This document shows, in pieces, positions 1 to 7,807 of a stretch of 25,147 nt of DNA (the first letter of the stretch is position 1; every line of letters starts with the position of its first letter). The translations under genes were made by a program, and so were the position numbers. The notes below the pieces were generated by a model. It worked only from the letters and a program-made list of their open reading frames with translations, was not told the DNA's origin and made no database searches. The stretch lies in assembly GCA_036479435.1 (NCBI GenBank), contig JAZGFI010000066.1, forward strand, positions 1 to 25,147, written 5' to 3'. The stretch comes from Planctomycetota bacterium. GTDB lineage: Bacteria > Planctomycetota > GCA-002687715 > DRQF01.

Positions 1-144
1 CTCTTTGACGCCATGGGCTTGGGCGGGAGCGCGCTCAGCGGTCGGCGAAGCCTAAGCAATCATCAACAACTCGACTCCTTGCCGTGATTCTGGCTCCACA
101 ACTCTCAGATCACACCGGACACTTACACGAATGCCGCCGTTCTG

Positions 145-858
145 TTGGCCGAGTCTTCGGTACTCGTGCCCGCAACATCGCCCGAATCCGGGACGGGAAT
201 GCGACTGAGCGAAGAGCCGAGCCTCGTCGCGCGCATCGACGCTTTCATCGAAAGCCATCCCGAACGACCGGCCACGCTCAACGCTCTTCGCATCCGCAAG
301 GCCATGCTTTTGTTGCAAACGGGCCGGCCTAATTTTGCGCGCGCGCCCTTCGAGGCCTTCGACCCGAGAGGCGAGGGCAACACGCGAGATCGTGCGCTCT
401 ACGATGCCCGGTCGACCCTGTTGTTTTGGTGGTCGGTCGCTGGCATTCAAGACCCTTCGCAGTTTCCCACCGACGCCAAGTTCTTCGGCCGTCAACAAGA
501 GTTGGAAGGTGTTATCGATGGATTGCCGCGCTCCAGCGTGCGCGCCTACCTTGCTGCCCTGCACGCGCAGTTGGTGATGAAGCGAGTCGAGAATCTCTCC
601 GGTTCCCGAGCGCTCTCGGAACTGGAATCGGCTTTTGCCCGCTACTTGGCGGAATTCGATGACGCGGACCGTCAGGCGACCCGGGCTCTATTTGATCCCG
701 CGACGGATGCGGCGGTGTTTCGAGCGATACCTGAAACACGTGTTCGTTTCTTGGGACAAGTTCCGGGTTTGCTCAAGCGCTTCATTCGGACCTGGGAGCA
801 CGCGCGCGAAGATGACCGCCAAGAGCCGTTCTCCGCGATGGCGCCTTGGATTCCCTGA
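145..858 (+). CDS. Hypothetical, probably all-helical protein; start uncertain
   Basis: 237-aa ORF with natural-looking amphipathic helices (LVARIDAFIESHP, LRIRKAMLLLQ). The frame is open back to 88, then TGA at 85-87, then open again to base 1. No convincing RBS at TTG145; ATG199 is an alternative start. Confidence 0.6.
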   Translation: MAESSVLVPATSPESGTGMRLSEEPSLVARIDAFIESHPERPATLNALRIRKAMLLLQTGRPNFARAPFEAFDPRGEGNTRDRALYDARSTLLFWWSVAGIQDPSQFPTDAKFFGRQQELEGVIDGLPRSSVRAYLAALHAQLVMKRVENLSGSRALSELESAFARYLAEFDDADRQATRALFDPATDAAVFRAIPETRVRFLGQVPGLLKRFIRTWEHAREDDRQEPFSAMAPWIP

Positions 859-927
859 TTCTCAAAACGGCGATTGGGATTTTACCCAGTGGCTAAGCCG
901 CGCCGTCAAAAAGCCGAAAAGGGGACT

Positions 928-1131
928 ATGAGTCTATCTTCAATTGCTTCCAGCAGCCTGAATCAGGCCTACACCAAGCTCGAGTCTCACGCGAGCAAAC
1001 TCGTCAAAAAGGGCCCAGAGGTCGAGAATATCATCGGCCTGAAGGACGCTGAGAAGCAAGCACAAGTCGCTCTCAAGCTGCTCAAGGTTGACGGCGACCT
1101 CCACGACTCAATCATCGATATCATCGTTTGA
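928..1131 (+). CDS. Small protein resembling the termini of flagellar basal-body rod/hook proteins (Flg_bbr_C-like)
   Basis: ATG928 preceded by AAGGGGA. 67 aa: MSLSSIASSSLNQA... and ENIIGLKDAEKQAQVALKLLKVDGDLHDSIIDII resemble rod-protein consensus IAxSGL and EMVxLIxAQRAYxANxKxIxTxDEMLxxLxxL. Overlaps the convergent gene end by 11 nt. Confidence 0.6.
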   Translation: MSLSSIASSSLNQAYTKLESHASKLVKKGPEVENIIGLKDAEKQAQVALKLLKVDGDLHDSIIDIIV

Positions 1132-1675
1132 GGAAAAGCACCGGCGAGTTCTCGTCGTCTTCATTCTGAAACCTTCGCTCCGTACCGGGTGTGGATTCCA
1201 TCCACGCCGACACCGCCTCGAATTCCTCGTTTCCACGGTGGTGCCCGGGGTAGCAAAGCACCGCTAAGATCCCGCCATCGCTAAGGGCCCGGTGTGCCGC
1301 CTGAAGAGCCAGCAAGGTGGTCTTTGTCTCAGTACAGACTCGATGGTCGCCCCGCGGCAAGTAACCCAAATTGAACATGGCGGCATCGCAGCCCTTCAAC
1401 TCCCGCTCCGCGAGCACGGCGGCAATCTCAGAATGACAGCGTTGGAGCAGCTCGACTTGCGGTAAGAGCGCGGCGTCTGCAAGACGATTTCGCGTCGCAG
1501 CGATCGCCTCCGACTGGATGTCGAACCCGATGACTTGGCCCCGGGCGCCGACGGCCCGGGCTAAGAACAACGTGTCGTGTCCGCGTCCCATGGTGGCGTC
1601 AATTACGAAGCCGCCGCCTTTTATCGTAGCCGAGACGTAGTGGTGTGCCAAGCCGGTGAGCTTTGGGGCACTCAT
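1121..1675 (-). CDS. mnmM: SAM-dependent methyltransferase, YtqB/MnmM family (tRNA mnm5s2U34 methyltransferase)
   Basis: IDATMGRGHDTLFLA, GFDIQSEAI, AAMFNLGYLPRGD, YPGH and a C-terminal SPVL match the B. subtilis YtqB pattern (DATMGNGHDT, FDIQ, FNLGYLPGGD, YHGH). Confidence 0.88.
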   Translation of the reverse strand: MSAPKLTGLAHHYVSATIKGGGFVIDATMGRGHDTLFLARAVGARGQVIGFDIQSEAIAATRNRLADAALLPQVELLQRCHSEIAAVLAERELKGCDAAMFNLGYLPRGDHRVCTETKTTLLALQAAHRALSDGGILAVLCYPGHHRGNEEFEAVSAWMESTPGTERRFQNEDDENSPVLFLKR

Positions 1676-2736
1676 CGTGACCGCCCGCGAAATTTCAGGC
1701 GCCGCGTCAAATCTGCAGCGGGCATCAAGGGCTCGTCTTCGACTAGGTGCCGGGCAAAGTTGCGCGCCAAACCGGGTGCCGTCATCGTTCCCTTTGAACC
1801 GAATCCCCCAAAGGCTGCGTGGTGGTGGTTATCTGGCGAGCGTCCAATGTAGGGCTTACTGTCGTTGGTGCCCGCGCGAGCGCCGGCCTGGTGGCCGACG
1901 ACTCGATAGCTCCCCTGCCATTTCTCGATGAGGGTGGCCTCTAACTCTTGGCGTCCAATCTCGGTCGGCCCACGATCGTAGTCCGTGTGCTCGTAGTTGG
2001 AGCCGAATCGGGCCTGGGTTTTGCCAAAAGGCAATAGCCAACGTCCGAAATGCAGTCCTTGATAAGGCAGCTCATCGTCGAATACGAGGTCGAGTATTTC
2101 GCCCTGTGACAGCCGATAGTCCAGCCAGTCGAAGTGGGGATTTTTCGCGAGTTCGAATCCTTGGGAGTAAACGATGAGATCGTACTCCTGGCCTCGCCAA
2201 GTCGGTCGCCCGCTCAAAGCCTTGCCATCTAGGGTCGGTACGAACTCGGCTTCGATGAGACTGCCGTCATTCAGCCAGCGTTCGCGGTAGCAATCGACGA
2301 AGGCCTTAAGGTCGACACGAAAGACGCCGCGGACGTCGAAACTCCCGAAGGGGTTGCGAACGTAGTTGCCGAGATATTCGGGGCCGTGCTGGGGGCCAAT
2401 GAAGCGATCGCGAACCGCGTCGGGACTGCGGCCATAGAAGTGAGTACGGTCTTCGCCGTCGCGAAAGAAAAATGTAAACGGGAACTCGTAGACGAGGTGC
2501 AGTCCGGTTTCGCTCTCAATGTCACGCCAAATGGACAGTGCCAGCGGCAAGAGTCGCTCGACCTCCCAAGACAGCACGTGGCGTTTTCCGACAATAGGAT
2601 TGACGAGGCCCGCCGCCATGCGGGATGCTGCGGTAGGAGCGGGTCGGTCGACGAGGCAGACCTCGACGGCGCGGGCCTTGAGCTCTCGAGCCAGAAGCGT
2701 TCCAGCGATACCCTGGCCCACGATGAGGACCTTCAC
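1672..2736 (-). CDS. FAD-dependent oxidoreductase, D-amino-acid/glycine oxidase family (MnmC1/YurR-like)
   Basis: Start re-called at GTG2736 with AGGAG 7 nt upstream. N-terminal Rossmann motif VLIVGQGIAG, then ASRMAAGLVNP, GARAGTNDSKPYIG and GGFGSKGTMTAP. Stop overlaps the mnmM start (ATGA, 1672-1675). Confidence 0.88.
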   Translation of the reverse strand: MKVLIVGQGIAGTLLARELKARAVEVCLVDRPAPTAASRMAAGLVNPIVGKRHVLSWEVERLLPLALSIWRDIESETGLHLVYEFPFTFFFRDGEDRTHFYGRSPDAVRDRFIGPQHGPEYLGNYVRNPFGSFDVRGVFRVDLKAFVDCYRERWLNDGSLIEAEFVPTLDGKALSGRPTWRGQEYDLIVYSQGFELAKNPHFDWLDYRLSQGEILDLVFDDELPYQGLHFGRWLLPFGKTQARFGSNYEHTDYDRGPTEIGRQELEATLIEKWQGSYRVVGHQAGARAGTNDSKPYIGRSPDNHHHAAFGGFGSKGTMTAPGLARNFARHLVEDEPLMPAADLTRRLKFRGRSR

Positions 2737-2790
2737 GGAAGGTCTCCTAAGAATACTGCCGCTAAGGCCGGATTGAAGAAAGGACAGAGC

Positions 2791-3705
2791 ATGGCAGATC
2801 ATTTGTCCTGGAGCGCCGTTTGGCAAGACTTCATCGCGAGACATTTGGGGGCTCCGATCTCGGAATCTGAGGTCTTGGCTCCCCGTATCTGGCGAGTGCA
2901 AGGCCCACGAGGTCAAGCCGTGTTGAAGCTGTGCTCCTCAGCCCGTGCGTATTCCCAAGAATGTGAAGCTCACGATCGCTGGGCCGACCGCTACTGCGAC
3001 ACCCGAGACTTGTCTTTGGCTCGAATTTTGGGCCGCACAGATTTTGGGGAAGGAGAGGGCGCATTGTCGCAGCGAGCCCTCCTTTTTGAGTGGGTGCCGG
3101 GCCGGGCTCTGACGGACGAAATGGCTCACAATGAGGAGTTTTTTCGCCGAGCCGGGCGGGCTCTCTCGATCCTCCACAACAAGTTCAACCTACCGCAAGG
3201 AACGGCTTTGGTTAATGACCTTGACCTTGCGGAGGCGCTTGAAGCGAGAGCGGAATCACTTCGGGATTTTGTGTGCGCATCCGAAGCGGCGGCGGAGACG
3301 AAGAAACAACTTCTGAGCTGGCTTGAGAACTGGAGTTCCTTTAGGGGGAGACCCCGTGTCTTTTGTCATCGCGACTACGAACCCCGAAACTGGATCCTCG
3401 ATCTTGAGGGAAGATTTTGGGTCGTTGATTTCGAACACGCTCGCTTTGACGATTGGTTGTCCGATCTCTTGCGTCTCCGCGAAGGCATCTTCTTTGAGCG
3501 ACCGAAAATAGAAGCAGCTTTTTTGGCCGGCCATGGCAAAGATCTTGCGGGTGACGATTTGTTGTGCCTGCGGCGGTGGGAGATCCTCCACGCGCTTCAG
3601 ACTATTTCGTGGGCGCAGCGCTACGGCGATTCTCGTTTTGAGAGGCGGGCCTATCGATTGCTCAATGCGCGTCTTAAGGCAGACGGTTTGCCGGCTTTCG
3701 GGTAG
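2791..3705 (+). CDS. Aminoglycoside phosphotransferase / choline-kinase-like family phosphotransferase
   Basis: ATG2791 with AAAGGA upstream. VLK (ATP-site Lys), LLFEWVPG, Brenner-type CHRDYEPRNW and VVDFEHA motifs. The ORF-track extension to 2386 overlaps the opposite-strand gene. Confidence 0.82.
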   Translation: MADHLSWSAVWQDFIARHLGAPISESEVLAPRIWRVQGPRGQAVLKLCSSARAYSQECEAHDRWADRYCDTRDLSLARILGRTDFGEGEGALSQRALLFEWVPGRALTDEMAHNEEFFRRAGRALSILHNKFNLPQGTALVNDLDLAEALEARAESLRDFVCASEAAAETKKQLLSWLENWSSFRGRPRVFCHRDYEPRNWILDLEGRFWVVDFEHARFDDWLSDLLRLREGIFFERPKIEAAFLAGHGKDLAGDDLLCLRRWEILHALQTISWAQRYGDSRFERRAYRLLNARLKADGLPAFG

Positions 3706-3785
3706 AACAAGGGTTGACCCTTCTTTTCCTTAGTTCGGAGCGAACCTTGCGGCGGCCATCCACTTATCTTGAAGGCGGTGTTCCC

Positions 3786-6700
3786 ATGAGGATGCTGGTG
3801 ATCGTTTTGGCTTTTTTCGGGGCGTTTTCATCCCCGCTCAGAGCTCAGAGCCCAGAAGCCAAGTTGCTTCGCTACCCCCATGTGCAAGGGCAAAAAATTG
3901 CGTTTTGCCACGGCGGTGACATTTGGACGGTGAGCCTGGACGGGGGCCGCGCTCGTCGCGTCACGAGCTTCGATGAGGGACTAGAGCTTTTTCCCCGGAT
4001 CTCACCGGACGGAAACTGGATTGCGTTTTCCGGGGAGTACGGCGGAAGTCGGCAAGTTTTTCTGATTCCCTACGAGGGCGGCGAGCCCAAGCAACTCACT
4101 TTTTATCCCGACGTTGGCGTGATGCCGCCGCGTGGTGGTTACGACAATCTCGTTTACGACTGGACTCCCGACGGTAAAAAGATCCTCGTGCGTTCGAATC
4201 GCACTCCTTTTGGCCAGCGCGCCGGGAAGTACTTTTTGGTGGACGCGAAGGGGCAGGGGATGGAAACGGCTCTGCCGGTTCCCGAAGGCGGTGCCGCGTC
4301 GTTTTCGCCGGACGGCAGCAAGCTGGCCTACAACGTCATCTCCAGGGAGTGGCGCACTTGGAAACGGTATCGCGCGGGCCGCGCCCAAGACGTCTACATC
4401 TATGATTTGAAATCGAACGTGGCGCATCGCATCACGGATTTCGAAGGCACGGACAACTCGCCGATGTGGCTCGGCGAAAAGATCTACTTCACCTCGGACC
4501 GCACGGGCGTCTTGAATCTCTTCGCTTACGAATTGAGAACCAAGAGCGTTAAGCAAGTTAGCGAATTCGAGGATTTTGACGTCTTATTCCCGGCCCGTGG
4601 TGCCGGTGGGATCGCCTTCGAAAAAGGCGGCGAATTGTGGTTCATGGACGCCAAAACCGAAGAGTGTCGGAAAATCAGGGTGACCCTGAGCGATGACCAG
4701 CCTTGGCGCCGGGCGGTCTGGAAGAAAGGAGCCGGCAAGAACGGCGGCTTCGATTTGTCACCATCTGGAAAAAGGATCGTCTTCGAGTTTCGAGGCGAGA
4801 TCTTTGACGCCCCCGCCGAAAACGGAGAACCGACCAACCTTACCCGCACGGCTTCCCGCCGTGAGCGCCAGCCTCGTTGGTCTCCAGACGGCCGTTGGAT
4901 CTCCTATTTGGCCGAAGTTGGCGACGACTACGAACTGTTTCTCTTCGACCGCCGGAGTAAGAGGGAAAAGCAACTCACCAAAGACACGGGGGCCTGGATT
5001 CTCAGCACGGTTTGGTCTCCGGATTCCGCTCACATCTTGTTGACCGACAAGGCCCAGCGCGTGCGTGCGGTTGCCGTTGGCGATGGCAAGATCATCCAAC
5101 TGGATCGGGCTTTGGAAAGCGTTCCTTCGCAGGTGTCTTGGGCCGCGGACTCCAAGTGGGTCTGCTACTTGAAGGCCGGGGCGAACCGCTACTCATCGGT
5201 CTGGGTGTGTTCGATTGCAAACCCTGCGCCGAGGCGCGTGACTTCTGAGCGTTGGAGTGATGGCTCGCCTAGCTTTGATCCTAAGGGGCGATGGTTGTGG
5301 TTTTCTTCGGCCCGGAGTTTCAACTATCGCGAGTTGAGTTTTGATCAACGCCTCTACGGTTTGCTCTTGAACCCCGATGTTCCGTCTCCCATTCCCTATC
5401 GCGAGGATCTCGAAAGCGAAGGCCTTGGAGACTCCGCCAAGGCGGCTAAGAACGACAGCGACGGCGACGGCGAAGACAAGAAGGAAAAGGATGCAAAATC
5501 CCGGGACTTCAAGATTGACTTTGCCGGTATCGAGGATCGTTTGATCGTTCTTCCAGGCTCGGCCGGATCTTATCGTGGGCTGACGGCCATGAAGGGTGGG
5601 CTTTTGTTTTCATCCGGCGGAAAGCTCCAGCTCTACGATTTTGATGAACGCGAAACCAAGACGGTGCTCGATGGCGTCCGCGGGTACCGGAGCGGCGCGA
5701 AGCGAGATCGCTTGATTTATCGGCACCGCGGCAAGATCTGCTTGGCGAAACCAAAGCCCAAGCAGGAAGCAGGTGCGAACGCCGTTGACCTGGATTCCTT
5801 GAGTCTCAAAGTCGACCCGCGAGTCGAATGGTCGCAGATGTACCAAGACGCCTGGCGCATCATGCGCGATTGGTTCTACGACCCGAAAATGCACCGCGTC
5901 GATTGGCTGGCGATGCGAAAAAAATACGAGCCCCTCCTGGCTCACATGAGCCACCGCTCGGACCTCGACTTTTTGCTTGGAGAGTTGGTGGGCGAGCTGA
6001 ACGCGGGTCACACCTATGTCTCAAGCGGCGAGAACCCAACGGTGGACCGAGTCGCGGCGGGGGCCTTGGGTTGCGTGCTCGAGCCAAGCGACGGTCGCTA
6101 CCGTATCGCAAAAATCTACAAGGGCGAAAATTGGGATCGAGCCGGGCGCAGCCCGCTGACAGAGCCGGGAGTTGACGCTCGAGTCGGGGACTACCTGCTC
6201 GCGATCGACGGACACCAGATATTGGCGGCCGATCATCCCTACAAACATCTCGTGGGTACGGTGGGGCGGCGAGTCCGCCTGAGCTTGTGCGAATCGACCG
6301 ACATCGAAAAAGCACGCGAGGTCGTGGTTCGGCCCATCGCCTCCGAAGTGAGACTTCGCTACCTGGAGTGGGTGGAGAAAAACCGCAAGATCGTGGACCG
6401 GCTTTCGGGGGGACGCATTGGCTACGTTCATGTGCCGAATACTTCGGTCGAAGGGCATCGTCGCTTGTACGAAGGGTTCAGACCCCTGGTGCGAGTTAAA
6501 GACGGCATCATCATTGATGATCGCTACAACGGCGGTGGCTTTATCCCCGACCGCATGGCGAATTTCTTGGCGCAACGCGTCTTGAACTACTGGTCGCGCC
6601 GTGACGCTGAGCTTTATCCGACGCCTCGCTTTGGCTTCAACGGACCGATGGCGATGTTGATAAACGGCTATTCGTCATCAGGTGGTGATGCCTTCCCCTA

Positions 6701-7022
6701 CTACTTTAGGCGACTCGGTCTTGGCCCTCTCATCGGCAAGACGACTTGGGGCGGGCTGGTTGGATACAGCGGATCGCCTCGGCTGTTGGATGGCGGCGGT
6801 CTTTCGGTTCCCTCCTTTGCTTTCGTCAACGATGCCGGCGACTGGGACGTCGAGGCGGTTGGGGTTCGCCCCGACATTGAAGTCGAGGACCAGCCCGGGC
6901 TGATTCAACAGGGGCGCGAGCCGATGATCGAAAGAGCAGTCATTTACCTGCTCGAAGAACTCGAAAAAGCCAGCAAGATCAAGCGGCCCGACGTGCCTGA
7001 TGGGCCGAAGCGAGACAGATAA
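3786..7022 (+). CDS. Secreted tricorn protease homologue (peptidase S41; PD40 beta-propellers, PDZ, catalytic domain)
   Basis: Signal peptide MRMLVIVLAFFGAFSSPLRA, LLRYP start, many SPDG/WSPD PD40 repeats, ELNAGH (catalytic His region), GYVHVPN, IIDDRYNGGG, SSSGGDAFP (catalytic Ser), TWGGLVG, GVRPDIEV. Confidence 0.93.
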   Translation: MRMLVIVLAFFGAFSSPLRAQSPEAKLLRYPHVQGQKIAFCHGGDIWTVSLDGGRARRVTSFDEGLELFPRISPDGNWIAFSGEYGGSRQVFLIPYEGGEPKQLTFYPDVGVMPPRGGYDNLVYDWTPDGKKILVRSNRTPFGQRAGKYFLVDAKGQGMETALPVPEGGAASFSPDGSKLAYNVISREWRTWKRYRAGRAQDVYIYDLKSNVAHRITDFEGTDNSPMWLGEKIYFTSDRTGVLNLFAYELRTKSVKQVSEFEDFDVLFPARGAGGIAFEKGGELWFMDAKTEECRKIRVTLSDDQPWRRAVWKKGAGKNGGFDLSPSGKRIVFEFRGEIFDAPAENGEPTNLTRTASRRERQPRWSPDGRWISYLAEVGDDYELFLFDRRSKREKQLTKDTGAWILSTVWSPDSAHILLTDKAQRVRAVAVGDGKIIQLDRALESVPSQVSWAADSKWVCYLKAGANRYSSVWVCSIANPAPRRVTSERWSDGSPSFDPKGRWLWFSSARSFNYRELSFDQRLYGLLLNPDVPSPIPYREDLESEGLGDSAKAAKNDSDGDGEDKKEKDAKSRDFKIDFAGIEDRLIVLPGSAGSYRGLTAMKGGLLFSSGGKLQLYDFDERETKTVLDGVRGYRSGAKRDRLIYRHRGKICLAKPKPKQEAGANAVDLDSLSLKVDPRVEWSQMYQDAWRIMRDWFYDPKMHRVDWLAMRKKYEPLLAHMSHRSDLDFLLGELVGELNAGHTYVSSGENPTVDRVAAGALGCVLEPSDGRYRIAKIYKGENWDRAGRSPLTEPGVDARVGDYLLAIDGHQILAADHPYKHLVGTVGRRVRLSLCESTDIEKAREVVVRPIASEVRLRYLEWVEKNRKIVDRLSGGRIGYVHVPNTSVEGHRRLYEGFRPLVRVKDGIIIDDRYNGGGFIPDRMANFLAQRVLNYWSRRDAELYPTPRFGFNGPMAMLINGYSSSGGDAFPYYFRRLGLGPLIGKTTWGGLVGYSGSPRLLDGGGLSVPSFAFVNDAGDWDVEAVGVRPDIEVEDQPGLIQQGREPMIERAVIYLLEELEKASKIKRPDVPDGPKRDR

Positions 7023-7039
7023 GAGGGGGGAGTGGACCT

Positions 7040-7783
7040 ATGATGACCGACCAACGCCAAGAGCAAGCCCGCCACGTTTTCATTACCGGAGTGAGTCAGG
7101 GGCTGGGATTCGGCTTGGCGCACGGACATCTCGGTGCGCACGATGTCGTGTACGGGATATCGAGACGGCGTCCTAACATCATCGCTGAGTATCGTTTCTT
7201 TGCCTTCGAATCTGCGGATCTTGCCGATGAAGTGAAAGCTCGCGCCGCGCTGAGGAACCTGCTCGGGCGAGTCCCTCGGTTGGACGTCGTTTACTTGAAT
7301 GCTGGTGTGCTTGGTGCGATTCGCGACATGCGAGATACGCGCTTGCCGGATCTTAAGTACACCATGGACGTCAATCTGTGGGCGAACAAAGTCATCCTCG
7401 ACGAGATCTTCACTCTCGGCATTGAGGTCGATCAAGTGGTTGCGATCTCATCTGGGGCGGCGATCAACGGCAGTCGCGGTTGGAATGGCTACGCGATCTC
7501 AAAAGCGGCCTTGAACATGCTCATGCAGCTTTATGCCGCAGAGGTGCCCAAGACCCACTTTACAGCCTTCGCACCCGGGCTGGTGGATACTGCGATGCAA
7601 GACTACATCTGCGGGTTGCCCGACGACGACCGCTTCGAGTCCCTGAAGAAACTCAAAGCCGCGCGGGGCACCGATCACATGCCGGAGCCCTTTGATGCTG
7701 CGCGGCATGTGATGAGCCGAATTTCCGAACTCAAAGCCGAGTACGAAAGCGGAAGTTTCGTCGACATCCGCAATATGACATAG
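7040..7783 (+). CDS. Short-chain dehydrogenase/reductase (sepiapterin/benzil reductase-like)
   Basis: TGVSQGLG cofactor motif, NAGVLG, SSGAA, catalytic YAISK, PGLVDTAMQ. Purine-rich RBS GAGGGGGGAG. Starts 17 nt after the tricorn stop. Confidence 0.9.
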   Translation: MMTDQRQEQARHVFITGVSQGLGFGLAHGHLGAHDVVYGISRRRPNIIAEYRFFAFESADLADEVKARAALRNLLGRVPRLDVVYLNAGVLGAIRDMRDTRLPDLKYTMDVNLWANKVILDEIFTLGIEVDQVVAISSGAAINGSRGWNGYAISKAALNMLMQLYAAEVPKTHFTAFAPGLVDTAMQDYICGLPDDDRFESLKKLKAARGTDHMPEPFDAARHVMSRISELKAEYESGSFVDIRNMT

Positions 7784-7807
7784 GTCATTGGCTCGCGAGC
7801 TGGTGCC

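Noticed and set aside
2386..2916. Long overlapping N-terminal extensions of the oxidoreductase (to 2916) and kinase (from 2386)
   Set aside because: Good RBS-backed starts at GTG2736 (-) and ATG2791 (+) give a clean 54-nt divergent gap, and the extensions carry no motifs.
2791..3705. Aminoglycoside resistance gene
   Set aside because: Only superfamily kinase motifs are evident; no mobile context or close likeness to characterised APH enzymes.
6660..6700. Tricorn catalytic motif SGGD instead of SDGD as a sign of inactivity
   Set aside because: The nucleophilic Ser is retained and SGGD is, to my knowledge, a common bacterial tricorn variant.
7791..7800. GCTCGCGAGC palindrome between convergent SDR and M28 genes as a terminator
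   Set aside because: Stem is short, with no loop room or U-tract, and plausible by chance at this GC content.
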